Below are positions 38,510 through 48,983 of a DNA stretch of 62,972 nt, in pieces. The notes beneath the pieces were generated by a model. That model saw only the letters and a program-made list of their open reading frames with translations, had not been told where the DNA came from and made no database searches. The position numbers and the translations under genes were made by a program. The stretch is from assembly GCA_963768215.1 (NCBI GenBank), contig CAVYHW010000111.1, positions 1 to 62,972 on the forward strand. Direction: 5' to 3'. Numbering within the stretch: position 1 is the first letter of the stretch; the number at the start of each line of letters is the position of its first letter. This DNA is from an uncultured Gammaproteobacteria bacterium. GTDB lineage: Bacteria > Pseudomonadota > Gammaproteobacteria > SZUA-229.

Positions 38510-40597
38510 GTGGATGACAATACAATTAATATAATAGTTATTGATGATTCTTTTGATAGTGAAGAACTAATAGTCAGTAAATTAAGAACTGCGGGATACA
38601 CAGCCAGGTCATCTCGCGCGGAAGACGAAGAAGATCTACTGGAAGCTGCAGGCAAACATCCGCCAGACCTTGTTATTTATTTTGATCACATGGAATTCAT
38701 TTCTCTTAAAGAAACCGTCAACTGCCTTAAAAAGGACAAAAAAACAGAAAATTGTCGTGTTATAGCAGTCAATAAAAATGAACAACCAAACGTGGTTAAG
38801 GCGATGCGCACCGGCGCAGTGGATGCCACTAACTTTAATAATATTGATCACCTGATATTAATTATTGAGCGGGAACACCAGTCTTTAATAAGCGCCAGGC
38901 AAACAAGCAAATTCAAAAAAGAATTTGATGAATCTGAAAAACGCTGTTCTTTATTACTCGACAGTTCACGCGATGCTATTACGTATATACATGAAGGCAT
39001 GCATGTGTATTCAAACCGTTCCTACCTGGATATGTTTGGCATTGAAGATTCCAGCGAACTCGAAGGTCTTCCCATGCTTGACATGATAGCTGCTGATGGT
39101 CGAGACGATTTTAAAGAATTCTTACGCAACTACACAAAAAATGAAAATGGTGCAGAAAAAATGAGCACTAATCTGCGCAGACCTGGTGGCGAAGAATTTG
39201 ATGGTGAAATGGAACTCTCACCTGCAACAATAGAAGGGGAACCCTGTATACAAATCGTAATTCGTCAACATAATATCAACTCTGATGAACTTGAACGTCA
39301 GTTAAAATTACTCAGCCAGAAAGACCAGTTGACCGGTCTTTTCAATCGTGATTATTGTATTGAAAAACTTGAATCCACTATTGAAGACGCTAAAAAACAA
39401 AAATATATAGCGGCATTAATGGAAATACATATAGACAACTTTAATGAAATAAAAAATACAGTTGGTGTTGTCGGGTCTGACCAGTATATCGCGGCAGCAG
39501 CAAAAGCCCTGAGCAATGCAGTAAATGATGGGGACATTATTTCTCGTTATGCACATGACAGTTTTCTTGTAATAGCAGTCGATTGTAATAATGACGATAT
39601 TGAAAATTATGCTTCAAACTTACAAAAGTCTGTATTACATCTGGAAACCAGGATAAACGACTCAGATATTAATACAACCTGCTGTATTGGTATTTCTTTT
39701 ATCGACAGCGATTCACCTAAATACCATGATATTCTGGCGCGCGCTGAAAGAGCAGTTAATACCGCGACGGAAAATGGCGTTAACCAGATCGTCACCTATG
39801 TCCCCCAAAAGGGTGAGCTCACACTGCATGAAATGGACGCCAAATTCAAAGATCAACTAACAAGTGCATTAACAAATGACAAATTCGTATTACACTATCA
39901 GCCCATTATCAGCTTACATGGTGATACTGAAGAGCGATATGAAGTATTCATCAGGTTAGAAGATGATACTGAGCAATTACTTATGCCACAGGATTTTCTA
40001 CCTGCAGCAGAGCGCATTGGTATGGCCATCGCTATTGACCGATGGGTGCTGTTCAGGGCGATTCAAGAGTCCACTGCAAAACAGGCACAGGGAATAAATA
40101 CACAGTTTTTTATTAAGTTATCTGCATCTTCAATTAAAGATGAAACTTTAATTGACTGGCTAAGTTACCAGGTCAGGGAAAAACATATTCCCGCCAATAC
40201 TTTAAATTTCGAAATCAAACAATCTGTTGCAATAACCAATATAAAAAGCGCCAAAAGTCTGGCGCAAAAACTTAAGTCAATAGGCTGCAACTTTGTTCTT
40301 GACGACTTTGGAACGGGCGCTAATCCATTCCAGCTACTTGATCATATTGATGTTGACTACATCCGTATAGAAAGAGACCTTATGGAAAACCTGACTGAAA
40401 ATACTCAGAACCAGGAAACAATTAGACAACTCACAGAAAAAACACACAAATTAGGCAAACGTATTATTGCACAGCATGTACCTGATGCAGCCAGTTTATC
40501 TATATTATGGGGAAGTGGTATTGACTTCATTCAAGGTTACTTCTTCCAGGAACCTTTACCCGTGATGGAATATAACTTTAGAGAAATATCTGGATAA
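38510..40597 (+). CDS. fimX: FimX-like REC-PAS-degenerate GGDEF-EAL protein
   Basis: REC-like N-terminus, LLLDSSRDAITYIHEGMHVYSN PAS, DQLTGLFNR, degenerate RYAHDSF, EVFIRL and DDFGTG. Confidence 0.75.
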   Translation: MDDNTINIIVIDDSFDSEELIVSKLRTAGYTARSSRAEDEEDLLEAAGKHPPDLVIYFDHMEFISLKETVNCLKKDKKTENCRVIAVNKNEQPNVVKAMRTGAVDATNFNNIDHLILIIEREHQSLISARQTSKFKKEFDESEKRCSLLLDSSRDAITYIHEGMHVYSNRSYLDMFGIEDSSELEGLPMLDMIAADGRDDFKEFLRNYTKNENGAEKMSTNLRRPGGEEFDGEMELSPATIEGEPCIQIVIRQHNINSDELERQLKLLSQKDQLTGLFNRDYCIEKLESTIEDAKKQKYIAALMEIHIDNFNEIKNTVGVVGSDQYIAAAAKALSNAVNDGDIISRYAHDSFLVIAVDCNNDDIENYASNLQKSVLHLETRINDSDINTTCCIGISFIDSDSPKYHDILARAERAVNTATENGVNQIVTYVPQKGELTLHEMDAKFKDQLTSALTNDKFVLHYQPIISLHGDTEERYEVFIRLEDDTEQLLMPQDFLPAAERIGMAIAIDRWVLFRAIQESTAKQAQGINTQFFIKLSASSIKDETLIDWLSYQVREKHIPANTLNFEIKQSVAITNIKSAKSLAQKLKSIGCNFVLDDFGTGANPFQLLDHIDVDYIRIERDLMENLTENTQNQETIRQLTEKTHKLGKRIIAQHVPDAASLSILWGSGIDFIQGYFFQEPLPVMEYNFREISG

Positions 40598-40633
40598 CCT
40601 GGTTCAGCTTAAAAATATAAAAATCAATAATAC

Positions 40634-40747
40634 TTCACCACAGAGACACAGAGTACACAGAGAAAAGACCTTTTAATTTTAGTGCGCCGCAGGCGCACAA
40701 CAATAAAACCTCTGTGTTCTCTGTGTACTCTGTGTCTCTGTGGTGAA
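40634..40747. repeat. Periodic palindromic intergenic element (CACAGAG family)
   Basis: ttcaccacagagacacagagtacacagag ... ctctgtgtactctgtgtctctgtggtgaa, with an internal gtgcgccgcaggcgcac hairpin. Confidence 0.85.
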
Positions 40748-40761
40748 TCGCTTTTTAATAC

Positions 40762-42732
40762 TTATTTACTAACAATAACGGCATTAGCAGGTGGCATCGG
40801 ACAATCCAGGCAGCTGGCAATAGCGCGAGTCAGATCATACGCCTGTATTGTAATTTTACCATCATGAGAAATACAACTCACGCAGGCCTGAAGAAAACGT
40901 TTCTTTAACGGTGGCTTCAGGAATACAAGCTCATCCATCGCCGTATTCAAACTATCAAGCGACACAGCTGCTTTTGGCAACAGTGACAACGCGCCCGCAG
41001 CAATGGAACGTTTGGCAGCATCAAATGCCAGTCGCGCTTCAGTTTCATCAGAATGTTCCAGGTAAGCAAGCAAAGACAGCATCAATTCACTGGCATGCTT
41101 CGCTGATCCCAGCACAAAATATTTTGCTACTGGTTTTTTTCGCAAACCATACTGTTCCTGCAGGTGCTGTAATACCACACGTTGAATAATCCACTCTCGC
41201 AAATTCACTTTAGCGTCCGCAACAATCAACTTCTGCACACAGGATTCAAATCTCTGGTACTGCTCAATGGTCATTTCCCTTAAGGTTGGCAGTGTCAAAT
41301 CAATAAGTGATAAAGTTTGTGTAGCTGCCAGTTCAGCAACTACCTGTTGCAGCTGTTTTACGTTCTGTGTATGCAACTCGCCAATAACATCATTCAATAA
41401 GTCATATTGTTTCCTGTGTATCTCAGGTTTTTCACCTATTAATAAAGCCAGTACCAGTGCCTGTGCGCCATAAGGGTTTTCTGCATTTGCCAGTACAGCA
41501 TCAGGCAGTTGCTGACGCCAGAGTTGAGCTGCATCTATCTTCTCCTGTGATACCTCACCAATGCCTTCAACCGCATTCATGGCTTCGTTTAAGGCCACAG
41601 TTGTAGCCATACTTGTAGCAACGCCAGCAGCTAGTGTTTTTTTATGCTGCCTGCTGTCATGTTGTTTATTATCCGCTTCACCCTGACGCGAAGGTCTTCT
41701 TTCATCAAAAATATACTTTCCATCCCAGCCAGGCTGAATGCGTAAAATACGTTGTTTTAAAGGTGGGTGTGTTGAGAATGAAAAGAAATTAAGACCAGTA
41801 TCACCCCTGGCGAAATAAGCATGACTGTATTCATCAACCGAAGCAGCAAGTAATGCAGAACCCGGTACAGCACCACCTATTTTTTTCAGTGCATTAGCAA
41901 TACCCTCACTGCTACGGGTAAACTGCACAGCAGACGCATCAGCCAGATATTCACGTTGCCTGCTTATCAGCGACTTGATCCAGTTACCAAAAAATGTTCC
42001 TGAATAACCGATTACCGCGAGTGCACCGCCAATACCAGCAACCAGTAAAATGGCCTGCCCGCCGCCTTTACTATTACGCGATGTTCTAATGTAACGCAGC
42101 GAACGCAAAATCATTCGCCCTAAGGCGCCGATCATTAATATACCGTGAAGAATCGCAATCAAACGAATATTAAGCCGCATATCACCATTAAAGATATGAC
42201 TGAACTCATGTGCAATCACCCCCTGTAATTCATCTCGTGTTAATCGCTCCAGAGCACCCTGAGTAATACCAATGACCGCATTGGTCGTTTTCCAGCCGGC
42301 GGCAAACGCATTGATGCCCTGTTCTTTTAATATGTAAACCTGCGGCACCGGCGTACCGGAAGCGATCGCCATTTCCTCAACAACGTTTAATATTTTTTTA
42401 TGTAAAGGATCACTGCTGCTACGCGGTATGATAACGCCACCAAGATACTGTGCAATAGCTGAACCACCATCAGAAAGCTGCACCAGTTTATAAAGACTGC
42501 CCAGGCAGATAAAACCTGTAATAGCAGTACAAACAAGAATACTAAGATTGCTGTCGAATACCAGTTCAAGCTGAGATAGTGAAAATGTCAGCGTTTGATA
42601 TTGAGTAAAATAAAGAAACTCAAAAACCAGGAAATTACTCAGCACCAGCAAAAAAACAATCGCCAGTGCAAATAAGAAAATCAACAGCGTAGTACTGCGT
42701 CGAGCAGAATCCTGTGCTTCAAAAAAATTCAT
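40762..42732 (-). CDS. M48 (HtpX-like) zinc metalloprotease with C-terminal extension
   Basis: INAFAAG, GVIAHEFSHI (HExxH), SRQREYLAD, THPPL; follows lemA. Confidence 0.92.
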   Translation of the reverse strand: MNFFEAQDSARRSTTLLIFLFALAIVFLLVLSNFLVFEFLYFTQYQTLTFSLSQLELVFDSNLSILVCTAITGFICLGSLYKLVQLSDGGSAIAQYLGGVIIPRSSSDPLHKKILNVVEEMAIASGTPVPQVYILKEQGINAFAAGWKTTNAVIGITQGALERLTRDELQGVIAHEFSHIFNGDMRLNIRLIAILHGILMIGALGRMILRSLRYIRTSRNSKGGGQAILLVAGIGGALAVIGYSGTFFGNWIKSLISRQREYLADASAVQFTRSSEGIANALKKIGGAVPGSALLAASVDEYSHAYFARGDTGLNFFSFSTHPPLKQRILRIQPGWDGKYIFDERRPSRQGEADNKQHDSRQHKKTLAAGVATSMATTVALNEAMNAVEGIGEVSQEKIDAAQLWRQQLPDAVLANAENPYGAQALVLALLIGEKPEIHRKQYDLLNDVIGELHTQNVKQLQQVVAELAATQTLSLIDLTLPTLREMTIEQYQRFESCVQKLIVADAKVNLREWIIQRVVLQHLQEQYGLRKKPVAKYFVLGSAKHASELMLSLLAYLEHSDETEARLAFDAAKRSIAAGALSLLPKAAVSLDSLNTAMDELVFLKPPLKKRFLQACVSCISHDGKITIQAYDLTRAIASCLDCPMPPANAVIVSK

Positions 42733-42754
42733 GATTATTACAGTGTGCTTCAAT

Positions 42755-42820
42755 CGCGGAATATATTTCCGCTCCTACAGGTATACCATTATCCGTAGGA
42801 GCGGTTGTTATTCCGCGATA
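42755..42820. repeat. GTAG-type REP-like inverted pair
   Basis: cgcggaatatatttccgctcctac ... gtaggagcggttgttattccgcg. Confidence 0.7.
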
Positions 42821-42863
42821 ATAGCCACCGCCTTGTTATGCAAAAAGAACATAATTCAAGAAA

Positions 42864-43463
<600 letters not shown>

Positions 43464-43741
43464 TTACTCCATTTCTGCCAATGTTTATTATTAGTTTCAC
43501 TGACTATAGATTATTTAGCATTTCATGCAAAGTAATGGCTGTATAACGGGAATTGTTGCCGACAATATTATGCTTACCGTCAGAATACTCGTTGACGTAT
43601 TTGTTTTTTTAATATTCATGCAGGACGTTTCCTACATGATTGTTTTTGTTGTATAAATCAATAACAGGCGTATGATATTGACATAATTAAACATGTCAAT
43701 TGGGACGTCTAATTGTAGTTAAGCCCTAAAAAAACACCTAC

Positions 43742-43769
43742 TTGACAATGTAACCTTTTAGGTTACAAT
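43742..43769 (+). promoter_or_regulatory. Sigma70 promoter with overlapping HigA-type operator
   Basis: TTGACA (43742) - 16 nt - TACAAT (43764); perfect IR TGTAACCT-ttt-AGGTTACA at 43749-43767. Confidence 0.8.
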
Positions 43770-43776
43770 AAGCCCG

Positions 43777-44055
43777 ATGATAACTAGTTTTATACATAAG
43801 GGATTAGAGCGTTTCTACAAAACTGGTAAATCGTCTGGCATTCAAGCTCAGCATGCTAAACGATTAAGGTTAATACTCACCAACCTAGATCAAGCTGAAA
43901 GCTCACAGGATATGGATCTACCTGGCTTACGGCTACATGAGCTAAAAGGCAGCCGTAAAAAAATTTGGTCGGTTTCTGTTAGCGGTAATTGGAGGGTAAC
44001 ATTTCGATTCATCGGTCGAGATGCGGAAATAATAAATTATGAGGATTATCACTAA
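43777..44055 (+). CDS. higB: HigB (RelE-family) toxin
   Basis: [38 protein letters not shown]; toxin-first gene order. Confidence 0.93.
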   Translation: MITSFIHKGLERFYKTGKSSGIQAQHAKRLRLILTNLDQAESSQDMDLPGLRLHELKGSRKKIWSVSVSGNWRVTFRFIGRDAEIINYEDYH

Positions 44056-44351
44056 TGAGTATGCATAACCCCGCACACCCCGGTGAAATTCTAAAAGAGT
44101 TGGTAATTACCCCTTTAGAACTCACCATTACAGATGCATCAGAGCATTTAAATGTTAGTCGTAAAACACTTTCAAAAATATTAAATGGTAGAGGTGCAAT
44201 AACGCCAGAGATGGCGTTACGTCTTGAGCTTGTATTTAAAAAGCCATCTGCTGACCACTGGCTTCGACTTCAAAACGCGTATGACCTTTGGCAATCTCGC
44301 CAAAACAAATCAGATTTACATGTTTTGCCTTATCGTAACAATTTCGCATAA
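44055..44351 (+). CDS. higA: HigA antitoxin (XRE HTH)
   Basis: [31 protein letters not shown]. Confidence 0.93.
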   Translation: MSMHNPAHPGEILKELVITPLELTITDASEHLNVSRKTLSKILNGRGAITPEMALRLELVFKKPSADHWLRLQNAYDLWQSRQNKSDLHVLPYRNNFA

Positions 44352-44392
44352 AGGCTTAACAAGCGCCTGTGACGTCAACCCCAATAAAAAGT

Positions 44393-44449
44393 AATTAAAA
44401 AGTAGCTCAAGCGGACGTAAAAAACACGCCGCTCAGCAAAGCGTCATGA
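44393..44449 (+). other. Degenerate integron attC-like site
   Basis: Stem gctCaagcggAcgt-aaaaaac-acgccgctcagc with unpaired C and A (G/T on the bottom strand); R boxes decayed (AAC to AAA, GTT to GTC). Confidence 0.5.
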
Positions 44450-44459
44450 GTAAAATAAA

Positions 44460-44840
44460 GTGATGGAATTACTTATAAAACTAGGCGGTATTTACAACAT
44501 TATATTAGTTGTATTTCATTTATTATTCTGGCGTATCTTCAACTGGAAGGAAGATCTCCGCTCATTGACCTTACTTAACAAGTCAACCATGCAGGTTGTA
44601 AATCTAAGTTTAACGATTGTGTTTGTAATATTTGCTTACATTTCACTGGCACATACCAATGAGTTATTAGCAACACCATTAGGTGAAAGCTTATTGTCTG
44701 GTATGGCATTGTTATGGCTAGCACGTTCTGCCATGCAGGTAATATTTTATAAACTTGAACACTGGATATCTGTTGCTTTTCTTTTTTACTTTCTGGCGGG
44801 TGCTTTACTGTATGGAACACCTGCAATTTATGCCATATAA
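44460..44840 (+). CDS. Small 4-TM hypothetical membrane protein
   Basis: Four hydrophobic segments, FHLLFWRIFNW; starts directly after the attC-like site. Confidence 0.75.
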   Translation: MMELLIKLGGIYNIILVVFHLLFWRIFNWKEDLRSLTLLNKSTMQVVNLSLTIVFVIFAYISLAHTNELLATPLGESLLSGMALLWLARSAMQVIFYKLEHWISVAFLFYFLAGALLYGTPAIYAI

Positions 44841-45396
44841 AAAGACAGTCTATATTATTACTCTGCCCTCACCCCAATCATCTTTAAAAGAAATCATTAT
44901 CAATTACCATCATCATGCTGATGCGTTATATTTTTATTTTTGTTTTTTATTTTCCTTCCACCTTCAACAAGCCATTGAGTCAGTACAGCTAAAAATCAGC
45001 TGTTCACAATGCTCCATGCAAAATTAGTCTGGCTACTCTTTTGGGCTGTAGCAAAAGAGTAACTCGCCAGCGGGGCGAGACCCGCCATGCCAATTAAAGA
45101 GGAAGTATCTATTTAAAAAACACGGAGCTTACAGTTAGGAAACATACGTGCGAATAAATTATTCAGCATATCCCTATGCTTCACCCTTTCAGGGCTTACG
45201 TGAAATATTGTTTCTTACAATTTATTCGCACCTAGAAAAAATATAACAACGAACCATCACACAAATAAGCAATTAATGACCATCTTGGTTTATTGTCTAA
45301 ACATTGTCTGTTTGCAATTCCGAACTATCATCACTAACATGAATCAAATCCAAATATGTATGCATCTATATACAACAACTGTTCAGGAGAAATAAT

Positions 45397-46692
45397 ATGA
45401 AAGAGCATACGGTAACCATCACTGACAATAAAACAGGCCAGCAAATCGAGCTGCCTGTAAGACATCCTACACATGGACCATGCGCAGTGGACATTGGCCG
45501 TTTATTTCGCGACACGGGTTGTTTGACTTATGATCCAGGTTTTTTATCCACCGCCAGCTGCCAGAGTTCGTTAACTTACCTGGACGGTGATAAAGGTGAA
45601 CTGCTTTACAGGGGCTACCCTATCGAACAGCTTGCGGAAAAGAGCAGCTTTATCGAGGTCGCCTATTTAATGCTGTATGGCGAATTGCCAGATCACGAAC
45701 AACTGAAAACTTTCAACAATGTTATTGTTCGCCACAGCATGCTCAATGAAACCATGAGCAATTTTTTCAGTAACTTTTATCACGACGCACACCCGATGGC
45801 GATCATGGTTGGTGTAGTGGGTTCCTTATCAGCTTTTTATCATGATTCAACTGACATCAGTAATGCGCGCCACCGCGAAATTGCCGCGCACAGAATGATT
45901 TCAAAAATGCCCACTATTGCTGCGGCAAGCTACAAACATTCAATCGGTGAGCCACAGGTATATCCTGATAATTCTCTCAGTTACGCGGGTAATCTTTTGC
46001 GCATGATGTTCTCCGTGCCCTGTGAACCATATGAAGTTGATCCTATAGCAGAAAAGGCGCTGGATCTGATTTTTTTATTACATATTGATCATGAACAGAA
46101 CGCCAGCACCTCAACTGTTCGTTTGGCAGGCAGCTCCGGCGCCAATCCTTTCGCCTGTATCGCTTCAGGCATTGCCGCCTTATGGGGGCCGGCGCATGGT
46201 GGCGCCAATGAAGCCGTACTGAACATGTTAAATGAAATTGGCCATATAGATAACATACCTAAATATCTGGATCGTGCAAAAGACAAAAACGATCCGTTTC
46301 GTCTGATGGGATTTGGTCACCGTGTATACAAAAACTATGACCCCCGGGCAAAAATCATCCGCGACATGTGCCATAAAGTTCTGGAAAAGCTTGGCGATAA
46401 AAATGATCCTACTTTTGAGCTGGCACTGAAACTGGAAGAAATTGCGTTAAACGATGATTATTTTATGCAGCGAAAACTTTACCCCAATGTTGATTTCTAT
46501 TCTGGCCTTATTTACAAAGCGATGGGCATTCCCAGCAACATGTTCACTGTAATGTTCGCCATCGCCCGCACCGTCGGCTGGGTAGCTCAATGGATGGAAA
46601 TGATCGCTGAAGACAACCAGCGTATCGGACGCCCGCGCCAGTTATATGTCGGCCCTGCCAGGCGTGATTATGCAGGGATTAACAGGCGTTAA
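45397..46692 (+). CDS. gltA: Type II citrate synthase
   Basis: [53 protein letters not shown]. Confidence 0.98.
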   Translation: MKEHTVTITDNKTGQQIELPVRHPTHGPCAVDIGRLFRDTGCLTYDPGFLSTASCQSSLTYLDGDKGELLYRGYPIEQLAEKSSFIEVAYLMLYGELPDHEQLKTFNNVIVRHSMLNETMSNFFSNFYHDAHPMAIMVGVVGSLSAFYHDSTDISNARHREIAAHRMISKMPTIAAASYKHSIGEPQVYPDNSLSYAGNLLRMMFSVPCEPYEVDPIAEKALDLIFLLHIDHEQNASTSTVRLAGSSGANPFACIASGIAALWGPAHGGANEAVLNMLNEIGHIDNIPKYLDRAKDKNDPFRLMGFGHRVYKNYDPRAKIIRDMCHKVLEKLGDKNDPTFELALKLEEIALNDDYFMQRKLYPNVDFYSGLIYKAMGIPSNMFTVMFAIARTVGWVAQWMEMIAEDNQRIGRPRQLYVGPARRDYAGINRR

Positions 46693-46865
46693 TATAACAA
46701 TAAAAATGGACACCCATAAATTAAATTTCCAGGCTGATTATATATTTACAGTGGTATAACTTATACATTATTTCTAGAGAGAACAGTAATCAGCGACTTC
46801 TCTCATTGAAGGACTACCCTTTTCAGTATTATATATTCTTATGCTCCAGATACTAAGACTGGTAA

Positions 46866-47642
46866 CTAATCCTTATCCAGCATAAGACGGGTCGCCTGCA
46901 CAACCTCACTGCTGTCAGCCTTCTGTAAAAAAGCAGCTACACCAAGTTCTTGTTTATTCCAGCTATCTTCGAACTCGATTCTTAGCCCGATTTTTAGTTT
47001 ACTGTTGCTCACTGGATAAGGACCATATAGTTCTCTGACAACGAAATCATGGTGCATGCGTTCGCCTTTGTTCTCACCATTGTTTACATCGGATGCGAGA
47101 TCATTCTCGAAAGCTGCAAGCCATAGAAAATACTTTTGTTCGCCAGACTGTTCTGTAGTCACCTCGACCCGTAACGAACTCTTGCCATTATCGGTCACCT
47201 GTAGATGAATACTGGCTACAGCATCCTGTAGATTTACCTGCTCGATATCGTCACTCAATGACCTGTAGCGCCGGTAATCACTGCCGTTAAGCATAAACTG
47301 GGGTGTATAGACCGTGCGGCTGGCATTCAACCTGGCAAGGCGACGCTGGCGTTCATCATATTTCTGCTGTGCAAAAAGGTCCTTCCAGCCGATGTAGTCC
47401 CAGTAAGTCACATGAAATGCCAAAGGGATTACCTGCTGATTTCCTGTTATCGAAGCTTTAAGATCTGTAAGGAACCTGTCGGCTGGTGGACAGGAACTGC
47501 AGCCTTCAGATGTATAGAGTTCTAGCAGCGCGACACGGTGTCCTGGACTGTTAGCAAGATAGACTTTCTGCTCAGCCCATGCCTGTGTGCTGGCATGCAA
47601 CAGGAAAAACAATAAGCATATCAGGAATATTAGATTCTTCAT
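46866..47642 (-). CDS. Secreted DUF1223 (thioredoxin-like) protein
   Basis: Signal peptide; ELYTSEGCSSCPPAD, FHVTYWDYIGWKD, VYTPQ, GENKG. Confidence 0.88.
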   Translation of the reverse strand: MKNLIFLICLLFFLLHASTQAWAEQKVYLANSPGHRVALLELYTSEGCSSCPPADRFLTDLKASITGNQQVIPLAFHVTYWDYIGWKDLFAQQKYDERQRRLARLNASRTVYTPQFMLNGSDYRRYRSLSDDIEQVNLQDAVASIHLQVTDNGKSSLRVEVTTEQSGEQKYFLWLAAFENDLASDVNNGENKGERMHHDFVVRELYGPYPVSNSKLKIGLRIEFEDSWNKQELGVAAFLQKADSSEVVQATRLMLDKD

Positions 47643-47843
47643 AATAACTCTGTGACATGCAAAACTGATGATGATTCACTTACATCAACAGTTCCAGTGT
47701 GAAGTATTATTTATTGAAACAACTATTTGTATACAACCATTAAAATATCGCACTGCTCAATTAAAATCTATATTCCTGGACGTAGGGAATTTAAACCAAA
47801 ACTATTAGAATGAACAAATAGATCTTACGAGGATGAAAACATA

Positions 47844-48211
47844 TTGAAATTAGATACTGTCAGACGAACTTTAACTCAACTATTGAGCATTTCAGTACTC
47901 CTGTTAGTTTCCCTGGTTGCAACAGCTGCAACTGATCCCATTGTCACCCGTGAGGGGCGGGTGACTTTCACGAGGTTGCCAATAATATCCATATGGCAAC
48001 AATTGGCAAGGGAATAAATATTGCGCATGAACTTCCAGCAAGCGACATGTTGAACCGCACAGGATCAGCTTATGGTTATAAAACTAATACATACAACCAC
48101 GCCAGAACCTTTGAATTTTGTAGCGCCCTAATATCACATAAACTGGCACGTCAGAAGCCGGACAACATCGTACTGTGTCCATTTACTATCAGTGTTTATA
48201 CTTTAAGTTGA
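47844..48211 (+). pseudogene. Frameshifted and truncated DUF302-like secreted protein
   Basis: RBS GAGGA plus TTG at 47844 gives a signal peptide (LLSISVLLLVSLVATA); frameshift near 47955 to GDFHEVANNIHMATIGKGINI...FEFCSALISHKL...VLCPFTISVY; premature stop. Confidence 0.55.
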
Positions 48212-48274
48212 TTAATTTCAGGAATAATGACAGGCAAAGAATATTTGTGTGCGGATAAAGAATCTTCAAAAAAA

Positions 48275-48946
48275 TCATATACCCATGAGCTCTATCAATT
48301 CACCACTGCTGACGACATGACAGTAGATCATATTGAGTATCTCCAGTTCCTTGCTGTGTAGTTCATCTGTTCCCGCCGCACAACAATCCTCAACCAGGAT
48401 GACATTAAAACTTTCATCTGCCAGGCTGCGTACTGTCGATGAGATACACTGGTCAGTAAATATGCCGGTGAGCACGACATTTTTTATGCCCATGTTATGC
48501 AACACCAGGCGAAGGTTAGTTCCGGTGAGGGCACTGTCGGTGGTTTTAGTAACCACGATCTCGCCTTCTCGTGGCGCAAGCTCTGGAACGATCTGCGCAT
48601 CCTCAGTGTCCTTCGGCAATAGCAGGTAATTCCAGCCCGGTTTTTTCTGGCTCAGGGAACGGTCCTTACCGTTCTCCAGTAAACAGGCGATGCGAGCATG
48701 TAGCACATCCATTTCCAGTTCACGAAACCGGTTCTGCAATGCGGCAGTATTAGGGATGACGATTTTTTTTATGCGCTCACGGAAAGGCGCCCAGCGTTCG
48801 CGTTCGACCGGATCAGCCGACGGTTTCATGTAAGTATTCTGCACATCAATACTTAACATCGCAGTATCTTCAAAAGGCAGTGACAGGTCCGATGGCTCCG
48901 GGGCATTCTCGTAGTAGAAAGAGCGGTAGTCAGTTTTCCAGGTCAT
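48275..48946 (-). CDS. Isochorismatase-family cysteine hydrolase
   Basis: IDVQN (Asp), TKTTDSA (Lys), TDQCISSTVR (Cys); start reassigned to ATG 48946 to avoid overlap with soeC. Confidence 0.88.
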   Translation of the reverse strand: MTWKTDYRSFYYENAPEPSDLSLPFEDTAMLSIDVQNTYMKPSADPVERERWAPFRERIKKIVIPNTAALQNRFRELEMDVLHARIACLLENGKDRSLSQKKPGWNYLLLPKDTEDAQIVPELAPREGEIVVTKTTDSALTGTNLRLVLHNMGIKNVVLTGIFTDQCISSTVRSLADESFNVILVEDCCAAGTDELHSKELEILNMIYCHVVSSGELIELMGI

Positions 48947-48983
48947 ATTAAGATCAGTTATCGACTTTGTTTTTTTGAAAAAA

